From Balanoglossus misakiensis (lineage: Eukaryota; Animalia; Hemichordata), in the NCBI GenBank assembly GCA_040954595.2, contig CM082578.2, positions 3,268,831 to 3,332,830 of the forward strand: 64,000 nucleotides of DNA. Direction: 5' to 3'. Under the pieces are notes generated by a model. It did not search any database, had not been told where the DNA came from, and saw nothing but the letters and a program-made list of their open reading frames with translations. Position 1 is the stretch's first letter; every line of letters begins with the position of its first letter. Made by a program: the position numbers and the translations under genes. This document shows, piece after piece, positions 1 to 12,300 of this stretch.

Positions 1-3000
1 GTCAGTATATTCTGTGTTCGGACGGTAAGAAATTATAATCGACTGAGAGGAAAACTGAAGATGGTTCTTTCACTTTGCGTACGAGAAAAGGTATTCCCAG
101 GTAGTGTAGATCGCGCACAGAAAACCGGGCAGCTTGTAAGCTGGGCCCGGGAGATAGAAGTACAACTGCCGTGTACAGTAATCATCCTCGCTCTCGTGGA
201 GGCAGACTGCGATTGACGTACATTTTATGAAGCTTTACAAAATGTCGGTATATTCTGTGTTCGATCGGAAAGAAATTATAATCGACTAAAAGGAAAACTG
301 AAGATGGTTCTTTCGCTTTGCGTACGAGAAAAGGTATTCCCAGGTAGTGTAGATCGCGCACAGAACACCGGGCAGCTTGTAAGCTGGTCCCGGAAGATAG
401 AAGTACAACTGCCGTGTACAGTAATCATCCTCGCTCTCGTGGAGGCAGACCTCGATTGACGTCGTACATTTTATGAAGCTTTACAAAATGTCAGTATATT
501 CTGTGTTCGGACGGAAAGAAATTATAATCGACTGAGAGGAAAACTGAAGATGGTTCTTTCACTTTGCGTACGAGAAAAGGTATTCACAGGTAGTGTAGAT
601 CGTGCGCAGAACACCGGACAGCTTGTAAGCTGGGCCCGGGAGATAGAAGTACCACTGCCGCGTACAGTAATCATCATCGCTCTCGTGGAGGCAGACTGCG
701 ATTGACGTACATTTTATGAAGCTTTACAAAATGTCAGTATATTCTGTGTACGATCGGAAAGAAATTATAATCGACTGAGAGGAAAACTGAAGATGGTTCT
801 TTTGCTTTGCGTACGAGAAAAGGTATTTCCAGGTAGTGTAGATCGCGCACAGAAAACCGGGCAGCTTGTAAGCTGGGCCCGGGAGATAGAAGTACAACTG
901 CCGTGTACAGTAATCATCCTCGCTCTCGTGGAGGCAGACTGCGATTGACGTACATTTTATGAAGCTTTACAAAATGTCAGTATATTCTGTGTTCGGACGG
1001 AAAGAAATTATAATCGACTGAGAGGAAAACTGAAGATGGTTCTTTCGCTTTGCGTACGAGAAAAGGTATTCCCAGGTAGTGTAGATCGCGCGCAGAACAC
1101 CGGGCAGCTTGTAAGCTGGGCCCGGGAGATAGAAGTACAACTGCCGCGTACAGTGATCATCCTCGCTCTCGTGGAGGCAGACTGCGATTGACGTACATTT
1201 TATGAAGCTTTACAAATTGTCAGGGCATATTCTGTGTTCGGACGGAAAGAAATTATAATCGACTGAGAGGAAAACTGAAGATGGTTATTTCGCTTTGCGT
1301 ACGAGAAAAGGTATTCCCAGGTAGTGTAGATCGCGCACAGAAAACCGGGCAGCTTGTAAGCTGGGCCCGGGAGATAGAAGTACAACTGCCGTGTACAGTA
1401 ATCATCCTCGCTCTCGTGGAGGCAGACTGCGATTGACGTACATTTTATGAATTTTTACAAAATGTCAGCATATTCTGTGTTCGATCGGAAAGAAATTATA
1501 ATCGACTGAGAGGAAAACTGAAGATGGTTCTTTCGCTTTGCGTACGAGAAAAGGTATTCCCAGGTAGTGTAGATCGCGCACAGAAAACCGGGCAGCTTGT
1601 AAGCTGGGCCCGGGAGATAGAAGTACAACTGCCGTGTACAGTAATCATCCTCGCTCTCGTGGAGGCAGACTGCGATTGACGTACATTTTATGAAGCTTTA
1701 CAAATTGTCAGGGCATATTCTGTGTTCGATCGGAAAGAAATTATAATCGACTGAGAGGAAAACTGAAGATGGTTCTTTCGCTTTGCGTACGAGAAAAGGT
1801 ATTCCCAGGTAGTGTAGATCGCGCACAGAACACCGGGCAGCTTATAAGCTGGGCCCGGGAGATAGAAGTACCACTGCCGCGTACAGTAATCATCAACGCA
1901 CTGGTGGAGGCAGACTGCGATTGACGTACATTTTATGAAGCTTTACAAAATGTCAGTATATTCTGTGTTCGATCGGAAAGAAATTATAATCGACTGAGAG
2001 GAAAACTGAAGATGGTTCTTTCGCTTTGCGTACGAGAAAAGGTATTCCCAGGTAGTGTAGATCGCGCACAGAAAACCGGGCAGCTTGTAAGCTGGGCCCG
2101 GGAGATAGAAGTACAACTGCCGTGTACAGTAATAATCCTCGCTCTCGTGGAGGCAGACTGCGATTGACGTACATTTTATGAAGCTTTACAAAATGTCAGT
2201 ATATTCTGTGTTCGGACGGAAAGAAATTATAATCGACTGAGAGGAAAACTGAAGATGGTTATTTCGCTTTGCGTACGAGTAAAGGTATTCCCAGGTAGTG
2301 TAGTTCGCGCGCAGAACACCAGGCAGCTTGTAATCTGGGCCTGGAAGATAGAAGTACCACTGCCGTGTACAGTAATCATCCTAGCTCTCGTGGAGGCAGA
2401 CCTCGATTGACGTCGTACATTTTATGAAGCTTTACAAAATGTCAATATATTCTGTGTTCGGACGGAAAGAAATTATAATCGACTGAGAGGAAAACTGAAG
2501 ATGGTTCTTTCGCTTAGCGTACGAGAAAAGGTATTCCAAGGCAGTGTAGATCGCGCGCAGAACACCGGGCAGCTTGTGAGCTGGGTCCGGGAGATATAAG
2601 TAACACTGCTGCGTACAGTAATCATCTTCGCTCTCGTGAAGGCAGACTTCGATTGACGTACATTTTATGAAGTTTTACAAACTGTCAGTATAATCTGTGT
2701 TCGATCGGAAAGAAATTATAATCGACTGAGAAGAAAACTGAAGATGGTTCTTTCGCTTAGCGTACGAGAAGAGGTATTCCCAGGCAGTGTAGATCGCGCG
2801 CAGAACACCGGGCAGCTTGTGAGCTGGGTCCGGGAGATATAAGTAACACTGCTGCGTACAGTAATCATCTTCGCTCTCGTGAAGGCAGACTTCGATTGAC
2901 GTACATTTTATGAAGTTTTACAAACTGTCAGTATAATCTGTGTTCGATCGGAAAGAAATTATAATCGACTGAGAAGAAAACTGAAGATGGTTCTTTCGCT

Positions 3001-3468
3001 TAGCGTACGAGAAGAGGTATTCCCAGGCAGTGTAGATCGCGCGCAGAACACCGGGCAGCTTGTAAGCTGGGCCCGGAAGATAGAAGTACCACTGCCGTGT
3101 ACAGTAATCACCCTCGCTCTCGTGGAGGCAGACCTCGATTGACGTCGTACATTTTATGAAGCTTTACAAAATGTCGGTATATTCTGTGTTCGATCGGAAA
3201 GAAATTATAATCGACTAAAAGGAAAACTGAAGATGGTTCTTTCGCTTTGCGTACGAGAAAAGGTATTCCCAGGTAGTGTAGATCGCGCACAGAACACCGG
3301 GCAGCTTGTGAGCTGGGCCCGGAAGATAGAAGTACAACCGCCGCGTACAGTGATCATCCTCGCTCTCGTGGAGGCAGACTGCGATTGACGTACATTTTAT
3401 GAAGTTTTACAAAATGTCACTATATTCTGTGTTCGATCGGAAAGAAATTATAATCGAGAGGAAAACTG
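1..3468. repeat. Tandem satellite array, ~243-bp monomer, 14 full units plus a partial one (probably continues left of the window)
   Basis: Monomer start gtc(a/g)g.. recurs at 1, 244, 490, 733, 976, 1219, 1464, 1707, 1952, 2195, 2441, 2684, 2927, 3173, 3416 (spacing 243-246). Monomers are highly similar and CpG-rich. Confidence 0.98.
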
Positions 3469-3682
3469 CACGAATTGGCTGAGATTTGCAGCGATAATTG
3501 CTAAGCATGCTCGGGCGCAGCCGCGGCCAGGACACAGTCAATGTCACTTAGGCACCTCAGCGCAGCGATGATTTATACACGTTTTGGCGTCTCTGCGCCA
3601 GCTACATGTAAAACAAATTTGAACTGAGCTAAGGTTTATTCCAAGGGGTGCTTTCAGTTCGTAGTGAGGTCGGCAATGTTAA

Positions 3683-4028
3683 AGGGACAAAGTCTCTCTC
3701 CAGCTGCCCCTTTTTCATTAATTATGTTTGATACAAGACACTGGTTATGTTAATGTAAATGTGGATATATAGTGAATCAATGATCAACCACACACAACTT
3801 CCATCCCGTTTGTAGGATATGAGAGTAAAAACTCGCCCCAAATGAATAAATGGTAAAGATCGATTATTCATTTTGGCGAGTTATTTCACTCTCCTGTCTA
3901 TAAGAGGGATGGAAGTTGTGTGTCGTTGAACGTTCATTCACTATATATCCACATGTAGAATAACAAACGGTGTCTTGTATCAAACATAATTAATGGAAAA
4001 GGGGCAGCGAGAGAGAGACTTTGTCCCT
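3683..4028. mobile_element. Palindromic MITE, Kolobok-like
   Basis: AGGGACAAAGTCTCTCTC...GAGAGAGACTTTGTCCCT with ~165-bp imperfect inverted arms. TTAA on both sides (3679-3682, 4029-4032). Purine-purine terminus plus TTAA TSD is the Kolobok signature. Confidence 0.85.
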
Positions 4029-4574
4029 TTAAGGGGTCGTCTTTGGTGTGGGACGTTGAGCAATTTTATCTCGTTACGGTAGTACTAGCCCTGATATAGG
4101 TCTTCGTGCTCCCGGCAAAGCAGGGCTTATTCGCTACATACTAGTACTACAGGGGAATACGTGTACATATCATCGTAAAATTGTGCCGCATAAACAGGCG
4201 CGTGCACTGTCAGAAATACACAATTGTTCAATAGTGGGCGGTTTGTCACTAAAAGAATCATTTGGGTTCAAGATGAACTTCGTGTGAATAATCAAAAAGC
4301 ACAAGCTGATTGTGGAAACCATGCTATTTGTGGCAAGCTGTGTCTTATGGACAGTGCCGCCCCAACCGATCTGTTGTGCAGTAGTTTCGACTAGAATTTC
4401 GAACTGCAAAACAAAACCCATGGACAAATCGCCGTTACCGAGAACACCTCATTCATACGGCACATAGAAGCGTCCCAAAACAGCTCAAAACTTGTACAAC
4501 GGCCCCTTTTGAACTTTTAGCGAGAAAAAACATTCAGCCGCATCCATCTTGAATCTTGCCTGCACACATGGAAA

Positions 4575-5950
4575 CAGGTGCATTGTTGGTAAAAATAATG
4601 TTTATCAACAAAGGATAAAATAAGACGATCTACCCGCTTTAATCGTATGGAAGGCGCACAAATTGATGTTACACGAGGGAGTCCAATCTACAGTGACACG
4701 AATTAGACAAACATATTGGATCCCAAAATACGCATCATCGTACGCAATATTTACGTAAACGTGTCGTATGCAACAAGGTTAACGGGAAACCTTACACAAA
4801 AGCCGTAGAAGCTCCGTTGCCGAGCTACCGTGTGAATATGGCTCCTCCGTTTTCAGTAACGGGCGTAGACTTCACTGGAAATCTGTATACCAAATCGAAA
4901 GATGGAACGCGAGGCAAAGCATATATCTGTTTGTTTACGTGCGCAGTGACGCGTGCCGTTCACCTTGAGCTGGTGCCAGACATGTCAACAAAGACTTTTT
5001 ATGCACGCGTTCAGAAGATTTGTCGCGAGACGCTCTCTTTGCCCAGTCGCATGTTATCTGATATCGCCTCAACCTATTTGTCTACAGCCGAGGAAATCAA
5101 AGAATTGCTCGACCTCCCGAAGTCAATGACTTTCTCGCCGCACATCGAGTACAGTGGATGTTTATACCAAAGCGAGCTCCGTTGTTCGGCGGCTCCTGGG
5201 AGAGGCTAATTGGTCTGACAAAAACGCTATGAAGAAAACGCTTGGTCGTGCGCTGATATCATTCGATGAACTCGCAACTGTCGTGACTGAAATTGAAAAG
5301 GTCTTGAATGAATGACTGACCGCTAACTTACAAATGTATGTTTCGTCTAGTGTGAACGAAAATACATAGCTGACCCCAAATCACCTGCTTCACGGCAGAA
5401 TGTTGACCTTGCTACCCTACGTTTACATGTAGTGGTCACTGAAGAAGAGACAGTTGATCCGGCGTACATCACCCAAATCAAACAGAGATATGAACACTTG
5501 TCCAGACTGCACGAACAGTTTTGGCGAAGATGGTCGCCTGAGTATTTGACTGCGGTCCGTGAGAGACACGGAGCAACCGGAAATATAGACAATGTTGTCA
5601 AAGTCGGGGACGTTGTAATTATCCATAGTTACACCGACAAACGCTTGAAATGGCATTTGGGAAAGGTACCCAGCTTATTTACGGGAACGATAAACTTTCA
5701 CGTTCCGCCAAACTAGACACTGGTAATGGTCTAACAAACGGACTAATACACAAGCTGTATCCATTGCAAGTCGTCTCTAAGGAACTCTCTATCGCGAATC
5801 ATAATCCGATGGATGACGAATTGGATTGCAGTACCGACGTTGAAGTACCTGTGGACACAACACCAACGCCGCACTTCACAAACCGAAAGGCAGAAGATTC
5901 TACCCGTAGACGCCTTGCCAGAGATGCTGCAGTAGCGCCCAATCACTGCT
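4575..5950 (+). pseudogene. Decayed BEL/Pao LTR-retrotransposon integrase + DUF5641 fragment
   Basis: Frameshifted motifs: H..MLHEGVQST..RIRQTYWIPK, PPFSVTGVDFTG, YICLFTCAVTRAVHLELV, G.WERLIG, LTPNHLL, FWRRWSPEYL, KVGDVVII..W.LG. No LTR pair seen. Confidence 0.9.
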
Positions 5951-6376
5951 GAGTGTTTTTTCCCGCTCATACTGTATTTGCATACACAAATTGCTACTTT
6001 TTGGGGGTAGAAGGAGCCAGATTAGTTTTTCGAACAGGCTGGTAGTTGACGAGATTTGACGTGTCGTTCTCTTCTCTGTTAGACGTTTAGGCGTAATAAA
6101 CCTATCTTTTGGTTTTAAATACGACACCAGTTTATTCGCCTGTTCCAATGGGGTTTCAAAGAACCATACGCGAGGGAGTCCCCGGCCTACCTAATAACTC
6201 CCCACACACATATTCTAATTACACACATATTCAAATCATTCAATTGCCATCATTTCTCCTATGTAATCTCGAAAGTTCAAACTCTATAACAGTTAACATC
6301 ATGAAAGCAATGACAAACTATACTAGTATCTACTGTTTGGCTCTGTGGAAAATAGCTTGAAGAGACAGCAACTCAC

Positions 6377-6650
6377 ATTACGTAAATACACGATCCGACG
6401 TCAAGAGTCTGATTGGGAGCAAAACGCGTGTGTTCCAATATCAAACCGCTGCTTGTCTTCACAGTGCCATCTGCCGTGATGGTGGCATCAATCCATATTT
6501 TTATTGGCCACCATCGATCTGATGTAAAGGGCACACAGTACTGGTCGGTTTTCCATTTAGTGGTGTCAGTTAGAAGACGCAACCCAAGCTTCTCACATAG
6601 CTGGTATGTAGCCACCATACCATTCAGTGTGGGTGTTAAGTCGAACGTTG
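6377..6650 (-). CDS. Exon of a divergent C-type-lectin-like protein (copy 1)
   Basis: Acceptor ttttctattctgcag, donor GTGAGT, phase 1-2, open frame: TFDLTPTLNGMVATYQLCEKLGLRLLTD...IWIDATITADGTVKTSSGLILEHTRFAPNQTLDVGSCIYV. The C..LG.RL / WID / C spacing resembles a CTLD and is homologous to the exon at 27477-27741. Confidence 0.65.
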
Positions 6651-6729
6651 CTGCAGAATAGAAAACAACGCCATTTCTTTCCCGAAAACGAATAAAAAAC
6701 TCTATTTTGATTCAGCACATGCAATACAC

Positions 6730-6795
6730 CGTTAGTATTCCAGGAAAACGAGGACAAAAACCACACACCGATAATAAACCAATACAGTTTTTCCA
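6730..6795 (-). CDS. Probable signal-peptide exon of lectin-like copy 1
   Basis: Acceptor ttttgttctttaag; encodes EKLYWFIIGVWFLSSFSWNTN (hydrophobic). Phase 1-1 fits the next exon, but the donor GTGTAT is weak. Confidence 0.45.
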
Positions 6796-7613
6796 CTTAA
6801 AGAACAAAAACTACTGTGAATAGTAGCTCTGAAAAATTCCTTGCAACACTGTTTCTATCATAAACTTGTTGATTGCTGTTCAGGTAAGACAGTAAACCCT
6901 GTTTTCAATAAGACGCATTTTAAAATGTCACATGTATGAAAGGTATTTTGCGTGGCCTTTGTGGTGTGGACAGACATTGCATCGTGGGATCCACTTCAGC
7001 TGCGGGAACGGTGTTGTTCGGTGCACCGTTGGCCCGGGGTTTCTTCCGATCGCCCGATTCTATGTTGTGGACATAAACCGTGAATCCGTACTTTGAACCG
7101 ACATTATATTTTCACAGATCAGTGCGCTGTGCAGTTGTTTTGAGCGCACGTCTGCTGCGTTATACCGCGTCATGAAATTTGAAATCGGTGTCCTTTTCAC
7201 AGCACAACTGTCAATACCCTAGGAGATAGGTGCCGTTAATAAGAATTTTTGGTAAGGATGGTTTGAGAAGTCCATTCTATTTTTTTTAAATGGTGCTGAT
7301 TCCAAAAAAGTCAGTCTTATTGATCCCACTCAAGACAAAATTGTCATTTTGGCCATATTTAACCCAAAAACGGTCATTTTTAGAAAACACTATAAACGCA
7401 CTGTTTTCGTCACATTCTGAGGTTTGATGACATGTGATATGTTTATTCTATGTAAAATTTGGTGAATAATACGATAAAAGCAGTCAGATTGACCCAAAAC
7501 AACACAAAATTGCCTTTTTGAATATTTTTTGCCCATAAAACGTCATTTTTAGAAAAAAATTAAAACACGTGGTTTTCTTTATAATGATATATGGAAAGTC
7601 AATTCTATGTTAA

Positions 7614-8058
7614 ACCCCGGTGCGGAAAGTACCGGGGTTCGGATTAACGTGTGTTTGTATAGTTGTTTATTTGGGAGTGGTCGTCGTGCATAATGACTGT
7701 GTAATTGATCTCATGTACATAGAAAATAATTGAACACTTTACACTTCCACGCGATTGACAGCTGTTTGAATGGCGTGGTTATTGTTTCCCAGGGACGCTT
7801 CTGAAAAGCACTGAAACCAGATTTCTCCCAAAATCATCGTTGTTTCAAAAGCTCGTGTACTTTTTCGTCGATAACTTTATGTTGTGTGTGTTTATAAAGC
7901 CAACTACTGTCGTTCTGTGGTGTAATTCTTTATGCTTGGACCTGTTTGGGCCGATTTTCATAGAGCCAAGATCGTTGGTGTTGTCATGTCTGTTGTCAGT
8001 CAAACGGCATTAAGATTCGCCACTGATTTGGGGGGCCTTTTATACCCCGCACCGGGGT
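7614..8058. mobile_element. TTAA-targeting MITE nested in the foldback arm (superfamily uncertain)
   Basis: 12-bp TIR ACCCCGGTGCGG / CCGCACCGGGGT, with TTAA at 7610-7613 and 8059-8062. It interrupts a subrepeat of the arm. Confidence 0.8.
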
Positions 8059-8245
8059 TTAAAAGTGGTGAGTTTAAAAAATAAAGTAGTTTTTTTTTAC
8101 CTCAATCAATACAAAAATGCCATTTTTGGCCACTTTTTGAAGTCAAAAACGTCATTTTTACAAAAAAACTAAAAACAAATTGTTTTCTTCATATTCAGAA
8201 ATCATTTGATATATGAAATGTTCATTCTATGTAAAAAAAAAATGG

Positions 8246-8633
8246 TGTAGTAACCTTGATGTGCCGTCTGAAATGGCGCCCTAATTCACATCAAAGGCCA
8301 CAGAGTTCTATAGAATTTGCCGTTAACTAACTGGAGCTCACCATCGCCGACGAACATTCCTTGTCAGATGTCACAGAAAACGCTGATCGGAACTTTACAC
8401 GAACATTTAATGACTGAACATACAACACTGGCACTGGATGATGCGTCGCGGTGGTTGAAGTTTCCGTAGAAAACTGGCAAAAATCCCCAGGCTAACTGTG
8501 CAAATGTCCTCACATGTGCGCCATGGAAATTTCTATATATTTTCTAAACAAAAGCGCATGCGCTAATGTACTCACAGCGCGAGGGCGCTAGACTAAATAT
8601 TTCAGTTTCTCTAAAGAACTGGGCGTCCTTACA
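8246..8633 (-). repeat. 3' LTR of the BEL/Pao element (388 bp)
   Basis: Differs from the other LTR by about 3 substitutions and one 6-bp duplication (gcgtcc). Preceded on the minus strand by the purine tract. Confidence 0.95.
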
Positions 8634-8999
8634 CCAGCCCCCAAATTGTTCATGAAAAAACATTAACAATTTCCATCCTAGCAAATTCAAAACGCCAACA
8701 TCCATATGTGCCGAAATTACATAACAAATAGAAATTACAAAACAATATCTATAAATCGAAACGCGAAGTCGAAAGAGTTTTTCAGGAAACGCGAATACAA
8801 GAATCCTTTTCTTCATGAATGTGATGATACATCCTAGACCATGCCCAGACCTCGTCCGGTCAATCATGCTGCCAAGCATGATATCCAACACATCTGTACT
8901 TTAAAGATGAGATCAAACGCTGGACGAAGTGGATTGACTGGCCACTACTTGAGATCGTTGTTATTACAGCTGCTGGTAACTGCAACCATACCAATACCA

Positions 9000-9389
9000 C
9001 TAAGTCTGTGCTTCCAACGATGTGCACAACTTATCATATGGTCTTCCTAAAACATTGGATCTGGTCTTCACCAATACCCGTCGCACCACCCCTTTCCGAT
9101 CAGGCATAACTTTGACGATTACACCCAAAGGCCAAGCATTTCTGGAGGTGTTCTCATCCTTCACCAATACCACGCCTCCAACGTGTAAGTTTTTCTTGAC
9201 TTTCAACCATTTTTGCCTTTCTTGCAGAGAAGGTAGGTATTCCTTTGTCCATCTCTTCCAGAACAAATCTGACAGATACTGCACTTGCTTCCATCTGTGT
9301 ACAGCATACAAGTCGTTCTTCTTCGTCACACCAGGGTGTGTTGCTGCTCCCTTCATAGTAAGCAACATACTGGGTGTCAATGCTTTCAA
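9000..9389 (-). pseudogene. BEL/Pao pol C-terminus (DUF5641), frameshifted from the main pol frame
   Basis: ALTPSMLL...RWKQVQYLSDLFWKRWTKEYLPSLQERQKW...WPLGVIVKV..DRKGVVRRVLVKT. Confidence 0.9.
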
Positions 9390-12300
9390 GTCTCTAGCGA
9401 CGATACTGTAATCGGGCGGCTATTAATAGTATGCTCCACTTCACACAAGAAAGTCTGTAGACTATCATCTGTCAGCTGTTGCTGCCTAACTATGACGTTC
9501 AGCAACTGTCTGATAGTGCGAATTTGTCTTTCCCATACTCCACCAAAATGGGATCCATAGGGCGGGTTAAACTTCCATTCTATGCCTTCTCTCAGTAGGT
9601 TTTCCCTGATCTTTGTCTGGTTCCATTTCTCGAGCTCTTCCTTCAACACTCTATTCGCTCCGACAACATTGGTACCATTATCAGATCTCATGGACTTCAC
9701 TGGTCCCCTCCTGGATATAAATCTCCTCAACGCATTGATGAAAGAATCCGTACTAAGTGATTCCGCCATCTCTATGTGAACAGCGCGTATGGCTAAGCAA
9801 GTAAATATCACGCCATATCGCTTTACTGTACTCCTTTTCATCTTTACTTCGATAGGACCAAAGTAATCAACGCCAACATTGGTAAATGGTGGTTCATTCG
9901 ACTGCAAACAATCAGCAGGCAAGTCTGCCATCTTCTGTTCACACAGTCTGGCTCGCTGACGTCTACAAGTTACACATTTACTGACCATATTTCTAGCTGC
10001 CGAGTTCGCGCCTGGGATCCAATATTTCTCGCGTAACTTTGACAGGATGTAGGCTCGTCCAAAGTGTTGCCCTCGTTCATATATTTCACGCAACAGCAAC
10101 TCTGCAACATGCGAACGCTTTGGTAAAATCGCAGGGTGCTTTACTTCTTCCGCTACTGCGGACGAACTCAGACGTCCTCCTACGCGTAACAAACCATCTG
10201 CCCCCATGACAGGGTCCAGCCTATAGATGTTACTATTTCTTCGTGTCTTCTTATCAGTATAGTCATCCACTGACAAACTGTCAATGTCTCTGGGAAATGC
10301 TTGGCGTTGTACAAACTTGATGATTGCAGTCTCTGCCGCTTTCATGTCTTCCACTGTAATTTCATGCGGTCCATCTGTACGACGACTTTTGTTCTTGGCA
10401 CATCTCAACAATGTGTCACCCACTTTGCGTATCCAGGCCACTGCTTTCTTCAGTTTATACCAACTGGAGTAGTGGTCTATCAATTTCTGAACCGTCTCCT
10501 CCGCATTAACGGACATGGATCGATCCGCCCCTTTGTCAGGCGTCTGTCGTTCTCCCGAAACAACAGGTACTGTTCCCAACACAACGGGTACAGTTTCTTC
10601 TTCTGACCTCAAGGTTATTCTATACACTAGTGCAGATTTCTTCACCTCTGGATCTTCTGGATCTAGCTGTGTATTGTAGCTATCACTTGGCCATTTGTCT
10701 TGTGTCTTCCGCAAGAAATCAGGACCACCTATCCATCTTTCATTCTTCAGAAAATCATCTATTTTCTGACCTCTAGAGCACTCATCTGCCGGGTTGTCAC
10801 TGGTATTAATGTAGCGCCAGTTCGCTGGGTCTGATCCTCCTCGAATCACCGCTAGTCTATTCCCCACGAAGGTATGAAATCTTGTGGTTTCGTTGTTTAT
10901 GTACCGCAGCACGGTTTTGCTATCCGTCCAAAACACGGATTCATTGATTGGCAAATCCATCTCCTTTCTGAGAAGTTTGTCAAGCCTCACTGCTACAGTA
11001 GCTGCAGTTAATTCCATTCGTGGAATCGATATTTGCTTCAATGGAGCCACTCTTGCTTTGGCCATCATCAAAGTGCTGTGCATGTTTCCGCTTTTGTCGA
11101 TCAACCTAAGATACGATACAGCGCCATAACCATTTTCGCTGGCATCAGCAAAGTGATGTAGCTGAGCTGTGTCTACTTCACCAAAGTGCTCGGGCTTTAT
11201 ACATCTGGGTACTGCGAAACACTCTTCTAATTTCGGTTGATCACTCAACCAATTTTCCCACACTTTGCGTTGTTTTCCAGGAATATCATCATCCCAGCCT
11301 AGTTTTGCTTTACACAACTGCTGCAAAAGCATCTTGGGTGGCAGAAGCGCTGGTGCTGCCATGCCCAGTGGGTCGTATAATGAACTAACCACTCCCAGAA
11401 TTCCTCGTCTGGTCGCTGGTTTCTCTTTAGTACGATTTCTGAATCCGAATTCGTCAGATTCCACGTTCCACGGCATACCGAGTGCATGCTCCGTGGGCAA
11501 GTCGTCTTGCTCCAAGTCTAAGTTCTTCACCCCTGTCGCCCTTTGTTCTTTAGGTAGTGCTTCTAAAACTGGACGTGTATTGCTGATCCACTTTGTGAGC
11601 TTGAATCCTGATTTCTTACAGGTGTCTGTCAGCCCTTCAGCCAAAGTCTTTCCTTCCTTCACTGTTGATGCTGCCTTCAACATGTCATCAACGTAGAAGT
11701 TTCTAGATATGGTGTTCTTGACACTCAGATCAGAAGTATTGTCTGAAGCTTTCTTCAACGCGAAGTTTGCACAACTGGGTGACGATGTAGCCCCGAAGAT
11801 GTGCACTGTCATTCGGTACTCGACAGGAGGTTCCTCTACATTACCATTAGGCCACCACAGAAAACGCTGGAAATCTCGGTTTTCTTGCGACACGCCAACT
11901 TGAGAGAACATAGCCTCTATATCTGACATCAGTGCTATCCGCTCTTCACGAAAACGTATAAGCACTCCTACAAGTGAACTGGTCAGATCCGGTCCTTGCA
12001 TCAACTCCTTGTTCAAAGAAGTTCCCTTGTATTCTTGACGATAGTCATCGTTGTTTCTAAATTTCTTTCCCAACTGAGAAAGCCGATATTCTACTGCCAC
12101 TTTGTTGTTTGGCATCGTAACACCGTCATCACGAAACGGTAATGGCACCTGATAATGCCCATCAACAAACTGCGTTTGATCGTTCGCAATCTTCATGAAC
12201 TTTCTATCTTCAACCGAATCTTCGAGTTTGTCATCTATGATACGCTCACTGGACTCATGATTGAAGAGGTTGATTAACTGCTGATCAATCGCCGGTCCAA

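Noticed and set aside
40-130. Hammerhead ribozyme (retrozyme) in the satellite monomer: CTGAAGA followed by GAAA
   Set aside because: No stem II can be paired between CUGANGA and either downstream GAAA, and the minus strand has no CUGANGA. A covariance-model search would be needed to exclude other ribozymes.
1200-3290. Short ORFs in the satellite
   Set aside because: By-products of the repeat; stops vary between monomers.
1-3468. CRISPR-like array
   Set aside because: Whole monomers repeat with no unique spacers; the context is eukaryotic and there are no cas genes.
1-3468. Satellite derived from the ~238-bp HINE internal repeat
   Set aside because: Similar length only; no shared sequence motifs are visible.
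8544-9000. env-like gene in the BEL 3' region
   Set aside because: Under 400 bp lie between pol and the LTR; the 115-aa ORF runs into the LTR and has no recognisable motifs.
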